From: Thermodesulfobacteriota bacterium
GTDB lineage: Bacteria; Desulfobacterota_D; UBA1144; Nemesobacterales; UBA2774
NCBI GenBank assembly: GCA_965223335.1
Contig: OZ244991.1
Location: forward strand, 2,112,001 to 2,176,000
Direction of reading: 5' to 3'
DNA: 64,000 nt
The notes beneath the pieces were generated by a model. The model saw only the letters and a list, made by a program, of their open reading frames with translations, was not told where the DNA came from and ran no database searches. Below are positions 47,361-56,897 of the stretch, one piece after another; the stretch's first letter is position 1, and each line of letters opens with the position of its first letter. Both the position numbers and the translations under genes were made by a program.

Positions 47361-48686
47361 TTAATTGCAGTGTTCTTTGATTAAGTCGTAGGCCTCGTGA
47401 TACCCTAACTCGCCGGCTTTGGAGAGGTCGATGCAGCCTTCTTCTTTGTTGCCAATCAAGATTTTGGCTTTGCCTCTGTTGTAATAAGCTTCTGAGTCTT
47501 TTGGATGGAGTTCAATAACTTTTGTGAAATCTAGAATTGCCCCTTTAGGATTATTCAGCTCGATCTTTGCTAATCCCCTAAAGTAGTAAGCTTCAATGTA
47601 GGTTGGATCATATTTAATAGCTTTTGAGAAATCGTATCTAGCACCTCTGAAGTCATCTAGAAGACCTTTGCATAATCCCCTGTTATAGAAATTTTTCGGT
47701 TCTTTTGGTTCATACTTGATTGCCTTTGTATAATCTCGAATAGCCCCTGTATAATTGCCTAATTCGTGTTTAGAGACCCCTCTTGCTGAATAATTATCGA
47801 CGTTCTTAGGGTCGATTTTTAATGAAATTGTGTGATCTTGAACGGCACCTTCAAAATCACCTAAATAATATTTAGATTTCCCTCTTTCGTAGTATGCTAG
47901 GCAATCTTTGGGGTTAAGCTCAATGGTTTTGCTAAGGTCGGTAATGGAATCTTTGTAAAGTTTTGAGTCTGTTTTACATACACCCCTTGTGTAATAGTAC
48001 GAGTGATCATCTGGATCAATTTCAATGGCTTTATCTAAATCGGATAAAGCTCTTTTTAAACTGCCACTATCCCACTTAGCTAATGCCCTTTTATAATAGA
48101 GAAAAGAGTTGTTTTTATCTAACTTGATCGCGCTAGTGTAGTCTCTAATTGCACCTTTATAGTCTTTTAGTTCAACTTTCGCCATAGCTCTGTATAGGTA
48201 GGCATCAAAATAATCCTCGTCAATCTCAATACAGGTGGAATAATCTTGGATAGCCCCTTTATAATCATGCTGTTCAGATTTTATGTAAGCTCGATGTTGG
48301 TAGGGCATTAAGTAATCTGGATCGAGCTCAATGGCTCTATTGAAATCTTCAATAGCTTTTTTGTATTGAGAGGAAAATGATTTTGCTACTCCCCTATTAT
48401 AAAAATACACAGGTTCTGCGGAATCGAGAGCAATCGCTTTGTTAAAGTCAATGATAGAACCTCGTAGATTATCTGATTTGCCTTTCATGAGTCCTCTACG
48501 GGCATATGCATCGGCATAATTCCGGTCGAGACGTATGGCTTTTGTGAAATCCTCAATTGCCCCTTCATAATCTCCATTAGCACCTTTATGAGATGCTCGA
48601 TCATAATATACAGTTGGGTCATTGGGGTTGAGTTCAACAGCCGCATTTAATTCCTTCAAGTCCTTTTTGTAATTTTCTGATGTCAT
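47361..48686 (-). CDS. Cytoplasmic TPR protein
   Basis: About 12 TPR units, GCIDLSKAGELGYHEAYDLIKEHCN. Confidence 0.9.
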   Translation of the reverse strand: MTSENYKKDLKELNAAVELNPNDPTVYYDRASHKGANGDYEGAIEDFTKAIRLDRNYADAYARRGLMKGKSDNLRGSIIDFNKAIALDSAEPVYFYNRGVAKSFSSQYKKAIEDFNRAIELDPDYLMPYQHRAYIKSEQHDYKGAIQDYSTCIEIDEDYFDAYLYRAMAKVELKDYKGAIRDYTSAIKLDKNNSFLYYKRALAKWDSGSLKRALSDLDKAIEIDPDDHSYYYTRGVCKTDSKLYKDSITDLSKTIELNPKDCLAYYERGKSKYYLGDFEGAVQDHTISLKIDPKNVDNYSARGVSKHELGNYTGAIRDYTKAIKYEPKEPKNFYNRGLCKGLLDDFRGARYDFSKAIKYDPTYIEAYYFRGLAKIELNNPKGAILDFTKVIELHPKDSEAYYNRGKAKILIGNKEEGCIDLSKAGELGYHEAYDLIKEHCN

Positions 48687-48794
48687 ATGCTTTGCCCTGC
48701 ATTATAAATAAGTAATTAAGTAAATATTAACATCGAAATTGCTTGTGTGTTCACAACATAGAAATTAAGTTATAGGATATGATTAGCGTGTTAA

Positions 48795-49154
48795 ATGAGG
48801 AGAAGAGAGATGGCGTATGATGAGAAGTTGGCGGAGAGGCTAAGGAAGCTGTTCAAGGGCGATGAGTCACTCGTCGAAAAGAAGATGTTTGGCGGGCTTG
48901 CGTACTTAAAGAAGGACCATATGTGCTTTGGGGTGATAGACGACAAGGTCGTGGTCCGTGTGGGTCCCGATGCTTATGAATCCTCACTGGCCGAGCCCCA
49001 TACGACCCCTATGGATTTTACAGGCAGGCCAATGAAGGGCTATGTCTATGTGTTGGCCCAGGGCATAAAAACCGAAAAGCAGCTAAAGGACTGGGTAATG
49101 AAGGGTGTCAGGTTCACAGAGACTCTACCCCCTAAAAAGAAGAAGAAAAAGTAA
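48795..49154 (+). CDS. TfoX/Sxy N-terminal domain protein
   Basis: MAYDEKLAER, EKKMFGGL, GRPMKGYVYV. Confidence 0.87.
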   Translation: MRRREMAYDEKLAERLRKLFKGDESLVEKKMFGGLAYLKKDHMCFGVIDDKVVVRVGPDAYESSLAEPHTTPMDFTGRPMKGYVYVLAQGIKTEKQLKDWVMKGVRFTETLPPKKKKKK

Positions 49155-49160
49155 GCCTAG

Positions 49161-49598
49161 CTACCTTCCAATTATAATAGAGTTGCAGTCCACAAGTTCG
49201 GCTTTGCCCGATGCGTTTTTGATTCTGCCCCCGCAGTTAACCCGTTCTTTTATCTTTTTATCCACATCGCAGCGGCAGGTGCTGGTGACCTCGGGGCACC
49301 GGACCGTGACGATCTCCATCTCGGACAGTCCCCGCCAGCGGTACTTGCCCTGGCAGTATTGGATGGGTTTAACGGGTTCGGGTTTTGCAATGGGCTCGGG
49401 CTCCGTTGGTTCTTCTTTGGGCTTTTGGGGCGTGGGTTCTGCAACCTCGGGAGGAGGTTCCACGGCTTCTACCGGGGGTTTAGCGTCTGACTGCTGTTCC
49501 GGCGCTGCGGAGTCTTGGGCAAGTGAAGTATTGGTCATGAAACCAAAGAGTAGTGCCGCTACAAATACTGTGCATATTGCGATTGATCGTATCATCAT
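49161..49598 (-). CDS. Hypothetical exported protein, Pro/Glu-rich linker and Cys-rich C-terminus
   Basis: Signal peptide and an AGGAG RBS. Confidence 0.65.
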   Translation of the reverse strand: MMIRSIAICTVFVAALLFGFMTNTSLAQDSAAPEQQSDAKPPVEAVEPPPEVAEPTPQKPKEEPTEPEPIAKPEPVKPIQYCQGKYRWRGLSEMEIVTVRCPEVTSTCRCDVDKKIKERVNCGGRIKNASGKAELVDCNSIIIGR

Positions 49599-49617
49599 GA
49601 GAAAATCTCCTTTTTGA

Positions 49618-50079
49618 TTACTTGGGCGATAGTATCACAAGAGGGATCTCGCGGTCCCCTGCCCTCTCCTTATAAACATCGTATCCCGAATAGATGTCCA
49701 CAGCCATTTGCCACAGGCGCTCGCGATCGGGGCCCTGGGCGTCGGAGGCGATCCTCTTTTGAGTCTGGCCGTTTACAAATACCTCTACCTCGGGGTTGGC
49801 CTTTAGGTTCAGGTACCAAGAGGGGTGGTTTTGGTGCCCTCCCCTCGAAGCTATGATCACGAAATTGTCCCCGTCCTCCATGTAGAGCAGTGGGGTGGTA
49901 CGGGGTTTGCCGCTGGATTGGCCTGTGGTCGTAAGCAGTAGGCAGGGCCAGAGGAACGTGGAGTTCATCTTGCCACCCGAGGCCTTAATCAGAAAGCGGT
50001 CGATGTGAGAGCCGAGATTAATAATGGTCCATGTACCTATGCGGGACGAGCCGAACCATGCGAGTATGTTTGATATCAT
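49618..50079 (-). CDS. Deazaflavin (F420)-dependent nitroreductase family (Ddn-like)
   Basis: LLLTTTG..SGKPRTTPL, IASRGG..HPSWYLNLKANP, REIPLVIL. Confidence 0.88.
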   Translation of the reverse strand: MISNILAWFGSSRIGTWTIINLGSHIDRFLIKASGGKMNSTFLWPCLLLTTTGQSSGKPRTTPLLYMEDGDNFVIIASRGGHQNHPSWYLNLKANPEVEVFVNGQTQKRIASDAQGPDRERLWQMAVDIYSGYDVYKERAGDREIPLVILSPK

Positions 50080-50206
50080 AAGTGGTCAACCTTTAATCGC
50101 TATAGTTGGATTCTAAATTATCTGGGCCGCGGTATCAAATACCGTGGGCAAATTGAGGCGTAGGGGAATCTTGAAAAATGATAATTTCTATTTAATTATA
50201 TAAGGA

Positions 50207-50713
50207 GTGGCCACGTTCATAAAAAGAGCATTATTGATATTAGTACTGCTGCCGGTGCTGGGGGCGTGTGCAAACGTGGGTCAGGTAAAGAGGATGGTTG
50301 ACCCCAACAAGCTCAACAAGACCAAGCTTAAATCGCTGCCGACGCAGACCACCCCTATGTATCGTTTCCATGTGTCGACGACTAAAAACCTGGAGGGTAA
50401 GCAGACCCGCGTGGTGAAAGAGGTGGACAAACAGTTTGCCTCGTTCGAGCAGTGTATGCATATACAAGACAGAGGGGCCGAGGGTCGGCGTAACCGTATT
50501 GTGGTCGTGGACGGGATGTTTGAGTGTAAGTATCATCGCGGCAGGTGTAACGGCGAGTTTGACCCCGAATACGCCTTGATCATCGTGACCTATAAGGCCT
50601 TTAACAAAGACGGTATCCTGCCGGATTTGAAGCACGAGTGGGCCCATGCTTATAACATTTTGGCCGCGGACCACTCCAACCTAAAAGAAGTAAAGAAGTG
50701 CACTAAGTATTAA
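50207..50713 (+). CDS. Lipoprotein with HExxH (zincin-like) motif
   Basis: Lipobox LGAC; LKHEWAHAY. Confidence 0.6.
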   Translation: MATFIKRALLILVLLPVLGACANVGQVKRMVDPNKLNKTKLKSLPTQTTPMYRFHVSTTKNLEGKQTRVVKEVDKQFASFEQCMHIQDRGAEGRRNRIVVVDGMFECKYHRGRCNGEFDPEYALIIVTYKAFNKDGILPDLKHEWAHAYNILAADHSNLKEVKKCTKY

Positions 50714-50744
50714 TCACCGTCTACAAATGATTTTCAGTGGAGGG

Positions 50745-51374
50745 CTATTTTTCCAGATAGCCAGTGGGTTTGCTGTAGTCGGCGTCTAGGAACATTTGCT
50801 TGGCCGGGTCTTTGACCTCTTCGTCTCGCCGTGCATCGATTTCGTCTTCCCTCTTGCGTTCGTCAACCGGTATGTATGTGAAATCGACCTTGACCCATTT
50901 CTTTTTGCTGTTGCTGCTGAGTACGAGTTTGTGGTCTACGAGTATCCAGTGCCATGTGGTGAAATAGAGCATGCTCTCTTTATCTTTAGGTTCGCCGTGC
51001 ATTTTGACCAGGTAATTGGCAAAAGTCTCTTCTAGTTGCGACTGTTGGGCATCGTCCTCGGCCTCGACGATGAGCGAGGTGGACATGAGCTTCTTTTTAT
51101 AGAACTCAAGCCCCGTCATTACGTTCATGCCTGTTACGTCTACGGGGAGATCGACGAGTGTGCCTTGCATGATAATAGTCTTTATCTTTTTCGAGTCTTC
51201 TTTTTCCTCGACTATGCGTCTGCCTTCGCGGTCGATGATGTTTTCAGCGTCTTTTTTGGATATGCCGAACTGGAACCCGAGCGGCGAGTCGTCGTCCTCA
51301 ACAGCGAACGCCGCCGTACCGACAAGTAAGAGTGTAAATAGAAGTGAAAAAGTTATTTTTGCTAATTTCGTCAT
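50745..51374 (-). CDS. Hypothetical exported protein
   Basis: Signal peptide ending AFA; GGAGG RBS. Confidence 0.7.
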   Translation of the reverse strand: MTKLAKITFSLLFTLLLVGTAAFAVEDDDSPLGFQFGISKKDAENIIDREGRRIVEEKEDSKKIKTIIMQGTLVDLPVDVTGMNVMTGLEFYKKKLMSTSLIVEAEDDAQQSQLEETFANYLVKMHGEPKDKESMLYFTTWHWILVDHKLVLSSNSKKKWVKVDFTYIPVDERKREDEIDARRDEEVKDPAKQMFLDADYSKPTGYLEK

Positions 51375-51460
51375 TTGTGGATCCTCCGATACTTATCTAA
51401 CTATTATAATGTGTAGGTAGTGCGGTCTCAAATGATATTTTTTAAGCAAATACATCCAGA

Positions 51461-53044
51461 TCAACCGAGCCAGATGACCTGGGCGATGTAGCTTAGTGCT
51501 ATGATGGACAGGAAATATACTGCCATCGCTATGTATTTTCGGGTCCATTTGGGGTCGGTCTCGGTACGGTGCCACGAAATGTAATTGGCCTTGTCTGCGG
51601 GATATATAACGCTCCATAGGTAGCCCACCCCCATAGCGATGCCTGTGCCCGCAACGTTCCACCAGAGCCACGATACGTCGGGGAACCAAATCCAGAGAAC
51701 AAAATTGATGCCTACTCCCAGCAACACGCCTAGTTTAGTGCCGGTGGCGCTGGTCCTCTTAAACAGAATGCCCAGCATAAATGCAGCCAGTACGGGGCCG
51801 TAAAAGAGTGAGCCTACTTTATTGATGGCTTCTATGACAGTGTCGGATATATTGCCTACAACGAATGCGAACCCGGTGCACACCACACCCCAAAACACTG
51901 TGAGTATGCGGGACCAGAGCACATAGTGGCGTTCGGTCTCGCGCGGCTTCAGGTGGCGTTTGTACAGGTCGTTCATAGTGGCGGCGCTAAGGGAGTTGAT
52001 CGAGGAGTCGAGGCTGGACATAAAAGCCGCCAATAGTGCCACTACGATCAATCCGATAAGACCATGGGGCAGGTAGTTGATTACAAATACAGGGACCATG
52101 TAGTCGACATTGTCCTTGGGTATAAGCGCCATGAACTCGGGGTTCTTAAATGCAAAAGCCCCTATGAGAAGCCCCATAGCAAGGTATGACACAACGAGGA
52201 AGAAACGCACGAAGCCGTTAAACATTAGGGATTTACGTGCGGTGTCCAGGTCCTTGGCGCTCATCTCGCGCTGGAGCTGGCTCTGGTCGCATCCGTAGTA
52301 GGACACGTACAAGAAAAACCCTCCGAATAGTAGCGCCCAGAAGCTGAAATCGTTGCCGTCCCCAAGCCCAGTACTCTTAACATCCATTATTTTTAAGCGC
52401 TCCTGGTCAACTGAGCTAAAAACGTCCTCAACACCGCCTAGAAGGTATATAGCAGCTATACCACATATTAGTATACCTATGGTGAGCACAATCATCTGTA
52501 TGACGTCGCTATATATGACGGCCTTCATCCCGCCCCACACATCGTAGATGATAGTGATCGCACCTATGAGGAGCACAGTGTGGATAAGGGGGATCTCCCA
52601 TATGGCGGAAAGCACTATACCGATGGCGTATATGCCCACCCCAGTGGCAAGGGCGCGGCTAATCTGGAAAATGAGGCTTACAATGGTGCGTGTGGAGGCG
52701 TCGAACCTGTGCTCGAGGTATTCGTAGATGCTAAGGAAACTGGAGCCGTGGATGACGGGGACGATGAATATCATCACAAATATCATGGCTGCGGGGACGG
52801 CAAACTCGTAGCCAAGCCATGTGAGCCCTCCCCCCGGTTTAAGCGCCACGAATGCGGGTGCGGATATGAAGCTTATGGCACCCAGTTGAGTGGCCATGGT
52901 AGAGAGCCCCACAGCCCACCAGGACAGCTTTTGCCCGCCCAGATAGTAGTCGTTTAGGTTGTTTTGGTGCTTGCCTATGTAGCGGCTTAGCGTAAGTAGG
53001 GTTATGACGTATACGACTATGACTGTCCAATCGAGGTAGTTCAT
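51461..53044 (-). CDS. Sodium:solute symporter (SSS family)
   Basis: YYLGG..LSWWAVGLS, SIYEYLEHRF, GGMKAVIYSDVIQ, AAFMSSLDS. Confidence 0.93.
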   Translation of the reverse strand: MNYLDWTVIVVYVITLLTLSRYIGKHQNNLNDYYLGGQKLSWWAVGLSTMATQLGAISFISAPAFVALKPGGGLTWLGYEFAVPAAMIFVMIFIVPVIHGSSFLSIYEYLEHRFDASTRTIVSLIFQISRALATGVGIYAIGIVLSAIWEIPLIHTVLLIGAITIIYDVWGGMKAVIYSDVIQMIVLTIGILICGIAAIYLLGGVEDVFSSVDQERLKIMDVKSTGLGDGNDFSFWALLFGGFFLYVSYYGCDQSQLQREMSAKDLDTARKSLMFNGFVRFFLVVSYLAMGLLIGAFAFKNPEFMALIPKDNVDYMVPVFVINYLPHGLIGLIVVALLAAFMSSLDSSINSLSAATMNDLYKRHLKPRETERHYVLWSRILTVFWGVVCTGFAFVVGNISDTVIEAINKVGSLFYGPVLAAFMLGILFKRTSATGTKLGVLLGVGINFVLWIWFPDVSWLWWNVAGTGIAMGVGYLWSVIYPADKANYISWHRTETDPKWTRKYIAMAVYFLSIIALSYIAQVIWLG

Positions 53045-53214
53045 GGGTTATAGGGAGAAGATTATACTCGTTCATTTTAAATTCTAATATTAGTTGCTGT
53101 TCTTAAGTCGGTTGTGTGGTTTGACAGATGAACATTTTGATTCCGCATAATTAACAAGTAGATTATTAATTAATACGTTTATAGCGGTATTAATGGATTG
53201 AGGAAAGGTTATAA

Positions 53215-54525
53215 TTGAAATATTCATCCCGATATTGTTGCTACCTCCAGTTCATTGCCCTGCTGTGTTTTCTATTCAGCCTATTTCTTTGTAGTACCCC
53301 AAACGCCTATTCGCAGGCGACCTGCAATTTTGAGCAGATTACAGTTACAGACTCAGAGAGTAACACCAATCCTACGATAAATGCGGATGGTACACGTATA
53401 GCATTTGTATCTGCTGCGAATATTACGGGTGATAATCCTGACCGTAGTATTGAGCTGTTTCTTTGGGATAAATCAGATGGAATTACGCAGATAACAGATA
53501 CAGATTTTAAGTTTAATATTGATCCTTCAATTAATAAAGATGGAACCAAGATCGCTTTTGTTTCTGACGCTGACTTAACAGGCATGAATCCCGATCTAAA
53601 CAGCGAAATTTATGTATGGGACGAGTTAACTGAAAAGTTTACTCAAATTACCGACACCACAGAGAGTGGCAGCAGTCGACCGTCAATTAATGGAGATGGT
53701 TCTAGGGTTGCATTTATATCCGATGCTGATTTCACGGGCAAGAATCCCGAGGGCAATACCGAGATATATTTGTGGGATAAGACAGCCGGTTTTACGCGGA
53801 TAACAGATACAAGCGGGTCTTCTTCTTTGCGGCCTTTTCATGTATTTGACCCTGTTATAAACGAAGGGGGCAACAGGATAGCATTTAATTCGGATGTAAT
53901 GCTGACTGAGGAAGAAACCTTTGGTATCTTTGAAATATTTTTATGGGATAGCATTGAGGGGTTAAGGCAGATCACAATAAACAGTGGTATTGATCCATTA
54001 TACCCTTCGATAAGTTACGATGGGAATGAAATATCTTATGAAGGCTCCTCAAACACAAAGACAGGTACCGAAATATTTATATGGGACAGCAATAGTGGAT
54101 CAATGCGTGTGACAAAAAATATATTCGAACTTGATGACAGTGTAAGTCAGTCATTGAGTGGAGATGGTAATACGATTGCTTTTTTTACAGAAAGCCATCT
54201 ATATGTGTGGAACCGTGATGCCGGGCTTACAGAGATTATCAACCCTGTTGTAGGGTTTGTCGGTACACGTTCTGTAAACGAGGGCGGTACACACATAACT
54301 TTTGTTTCAAAATCCGATATTACAGGCATGAACCCCGAAGGTAATGAAGAGATATTTTTGGCCGTTTGCAGTTTTCAAAGCCTTCCAAAATCCAAAAGCG
54401 GTTGCAGCCAGAGTGGTGCTTCCGATCCTGAATCAGACTTTATAAATTGGCTAATTTTGTTGATACCTTTGTCTGCGGTGAGGATTTATCGGAGAAGGAA
54501 TAAACGGTGGATAGAAAAACAATAA
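53215..54525 (+). CDS. TolB/PD40-like beta-propeller surface protein with C-terminal sorting-type tail
   Basis: Repeats PSIN.DG..IAF.S..D.TG.NP.GN.EI.LWD; tail SKSGCS..TM..RRR. Confidence 0.8.
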   Translation: MKYSSRYCCYLQFIALLCFLFSLFLCSTPNAYSQATCNFEQITVTDSESNTNPTINADGTRIAFVSAANITGDNPDRSIELFLWDKSDGITQITDTDFKFNIDPSINKDGTKIAFVSDADLTGMNPDLNSEIYVWDELTEKFTQITDTTESGSSRPSINGDGSRVAFISDADFTGKNPEGNTEIYLWDKTAGFTRITDTSGSSSLRPFHVFDPVINEGGNRIAFNSDVMLTEEETFGIFEIFLWDSIEGLRQITINSGIDPLYPSISYDGNEISYEGSSNTKTGTEIFIWDSNSGSMRVTKNIFELDDSVSQSLSGDGNTIAFFTESHLYVWNRDAGLTEIINPVVGFVGTRSVNEGGTHITFVSKSDITGMNPEGNEEIFLAVCSFQSLPKSKSGCSQSGASDPESDFINWLILLIPLSAVRIYRRRNKRWIEKQ

Positions 54526-54884
54526 TCGTACTACTAGTATCATTGCTCGTATTAGTTCATCTATCTTGTAGTGATGATGAATTTATGCCGGACTGCACTT
54601 GGCTATTCAATGTTGATATTAGTGAGGTTGAATGTTTGGCAGAGACGTTAGCCGATTTATGTGAGACCATTTATTGCGATACTGAACCAACGGTAGGCAA
54701 ACCAGCATTCTCGGAGGGATGTGAAGCCGTGGGTTGTACCACTCTGGATTGCACCAATGGGATAACAGGTGGGATTATGACTGATCTTGCATATAATGAT
54801 GAAACCAGAAAATTGACATCCACAGTATTTCTAGATGGACAAAATCTCGGGAATGTTGATTGTGGCTTTATCGTGAGTAATTAA
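54507..54884 (+). CDS. Cys-rich hypothetical lipoprotein
   Basis: Lipobox-like HLSC; multiple Cys; overlaps the previous stop. Confidence 0.65.
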   Translation: MDRKTIIVLLVSLLVLVHLSCSDDEFMPDCTWLFNVDISEVECLAETLADLCETIYCDTEPTVGKPAFSEGCEAVGCTTLDCTNGITGGIMTDLAYNDETRKLTSTVFLDGQNLGNVDCGFIVSN

Positions 54885-54922
54885 TTTTTGTGCAGTCGTG
54901 AAACGTGAAGTAATGAGCAGTT

Positions 54923-55980
54923 TTATTTAGTTGGAATATCTTTACCGGTTGATTCTTGGTTTTTTAACATTTTTTCAAGTTCTTCTTGAGTAATAGTTCT
55001 AAACCATGGGTTTTTCTGAAAATGTTCTTTAACTTGTTTATTCTTAGTGCTGGACTCAACATAACCTAATACTAAGATAACATCATTTGGTAATAAAATT
55101 CCTATAATAGGGTTCAGAGCTAGGGTTTTAAGTGCTAAGATAGCCTCAAGTGTGTCTAGTCTTGCTAATCCTTTAGCTGCTATTAGACCCAGAGTCTCAG
55201 GTTTTTCTCTCATTAGTTTCTCGAGGTTTGGAATATTAAATTCTTCTCTCATGGTACTAAGTGCAATAGCAGCACTTTCTGCTATGTTTTGAGACTCTGA
55301 ATGTAGGGCTGTGTCCATAAGGTTATTACTTATTTTTATTAGGTGTGCTTGGTCACGAGGATAGATATCGAAATCGAATGTCTGATTGTATTCGACATAT
55401 CCAATTAATTCCCCATGAGGTTCTCCTTTGACAGGTTTAACTACACTACCTTTATATGAGATAAGTAGTTTATATTTGCCGGTTTCTCTAAATTTATAAT
55501 ATGAAGCATAATAATTATCCTCATCGTAAAACCTTCTACCCGGGATATGTGCATTATTTTGATTAAGTTCTAGATAATCATTAAGTACAAGAAGTTGCTT
55601 GTAGCTCTGTCCTGCTTGCAATGTTAATGGATCATATTGCGTAAGGTTATGCAAGGCAAATTCTTGAATTAATCCGGGAATAGTAATATTGTCTCCATCC
55701 GGCTCTGTAAGTCTGAATACCAATTCTGAATCAAATGTCATGTGTGGATTGATTTCAACTACTTCATCGCTATTATTTGTGATTTCAAAGGTGATAAAAA
55801 TAGGCTCGTTAATTGAAAAACTCGATTTGTTTAAATCGAATTCTACTGATATTGAATTTATTGGTTTAGACCAAGCTGGTTTGAGGTATATATGGGGATT
55901 AGGATAATAGCTATAACAATACTAGATTGAATAATAGCTCTAACTGTTATTAACCCACTCAGCCGACTGGGTTTGAACAT
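54923..55980 (-). pseudogene. Exported protein with HEAT-like C-terminus, frameshifted in its signal-peptide region
   Basis: ATG 55980 gives a 40-aa signal-like ORF; the body (open through 55741-54923) is offset by 2 nt. Deleting one AT in TATATAT (55887-55893) fuses them into ..ILIPIYLKPAWS-KPINS.. Confidence 0.7.
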
Positions 55981-56021
55981 ATAATTAAATACGATTGGAT
56001 GGTGCTTAAAGCTTTAGTATG
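55951..56021 (-). repeat. Duplicated upstream region and first codons (copy 1)
   Basis: About 70 bp nearly identical to 56750-56820, including ATG TT(C/T) AAA CCC AGT. Confidence 0.85.
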
Positions 56022-56146
56022 CTATCTAAATTCTAATATTGCGATTGAATCTAAACTTAAGATTGGATTTACTTTTTAGAGAAGGAATAAACAGTGGATA
56101 AAATATAAATAATTACATCATTATTGTTGCTCTTGTTTGTTTTTAT

Positions 56147-56779
56147 TCATCTGCCCCATCGACAGATAGTACAGTTATACGAGTGTATCAAGACCCTTAG
56201 CATCTCGACACTTGAAGTTGATAAATTATTGTTTGTAATCAGCAGTTGCTTTTCATTTGACCAATAAAGATTGTCATAATTTGCCCTCAACCAGTAACTC
56301 AAGTCATCAAATGAGTAAAATGTGAAACCCACCAGAGATTGTATTTTCATTTTGTGTACTAACACATCAATATTCACATACCAATTTAATGGAGAACGAA
56401 AACCCTCAAGTCCCCCACCTTCATGTATATACCCATCGATAATCTCTGCCCATTCTGATAACGCTCTCTTATATCCTAATGTCCTGGATTCGGGGTTGTT
56501 GATTTCATCTAATTTAACTTGAATACATTTGTTAGGATTGTTTGAGTAGACCTCATACCGTTTAGATTTAGGATCGTTAATTTCCTTAAATCCGTTGGTT
56601 ATCTCGTAGAACCAGTACTGCGGACCATCAAGTTCAACAATCTCATCGCATTGTCTAATGCTGGTTTTACTCTCAATTGCTATGGCTGTTGTGAGTAAAG
56701 AAAAATTGGGCAAGGATATATGAGTAAATATAAACACACTAGATATAACTAACCCACTCAGCGGACTGGGTTTAAACAT
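56147..56779 (-). CDS. Hypothetical exported protein
   Basis: 210-aa ORF; N-terminus MFKPSPLSGL is shared with the neighbouring gene. Confidence 0.55.
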   Translation of the reverse strand: MFKPSPLSGLVISSVFIFTHISLPNFSLLTTAIAIESKTSIRQCDEIVELDGPQYWFYEITNGFKEINDPKSKRYEVYSNNPNKCIQVKLDEINNPESRTLGYKRALSEWAEIIDGYIHEGGGLEGFRSPLNWYVNIDVLVHKMKIQSLVGFTFYSFDDLSYWLRANYDNLYWSNEKQLLITNNNLSTSSVEMLRVLIHSYNCTICRWGR

Positions 56780-56820
56780 ATAATTAAATACGATTGGAGG
56801 ATGCTTAAAGCTTTAGTATG
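56750..56820 (-). repeat. Duplicated upstream region and first codons (copy 2)
   Basis: See 55951-56021. Confidence 0.85.
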
Positions 56821-56897
56821 TAATATGCGGAGCAGGTTACTCCTTTTACTGCTTCCAGATGTATTTGCTTTCTTTACTTATATAACCTCGCAATTTG

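Noticed and set aside
45515..48686. Diversity-generating retroelement or CRISPR explanation for the repeats
   Set aside because: The repeats are coding TPR units; no reverse transcriptase, adenine-specific TR/VR pair or spaced repeat array was seen anywhere in the window.
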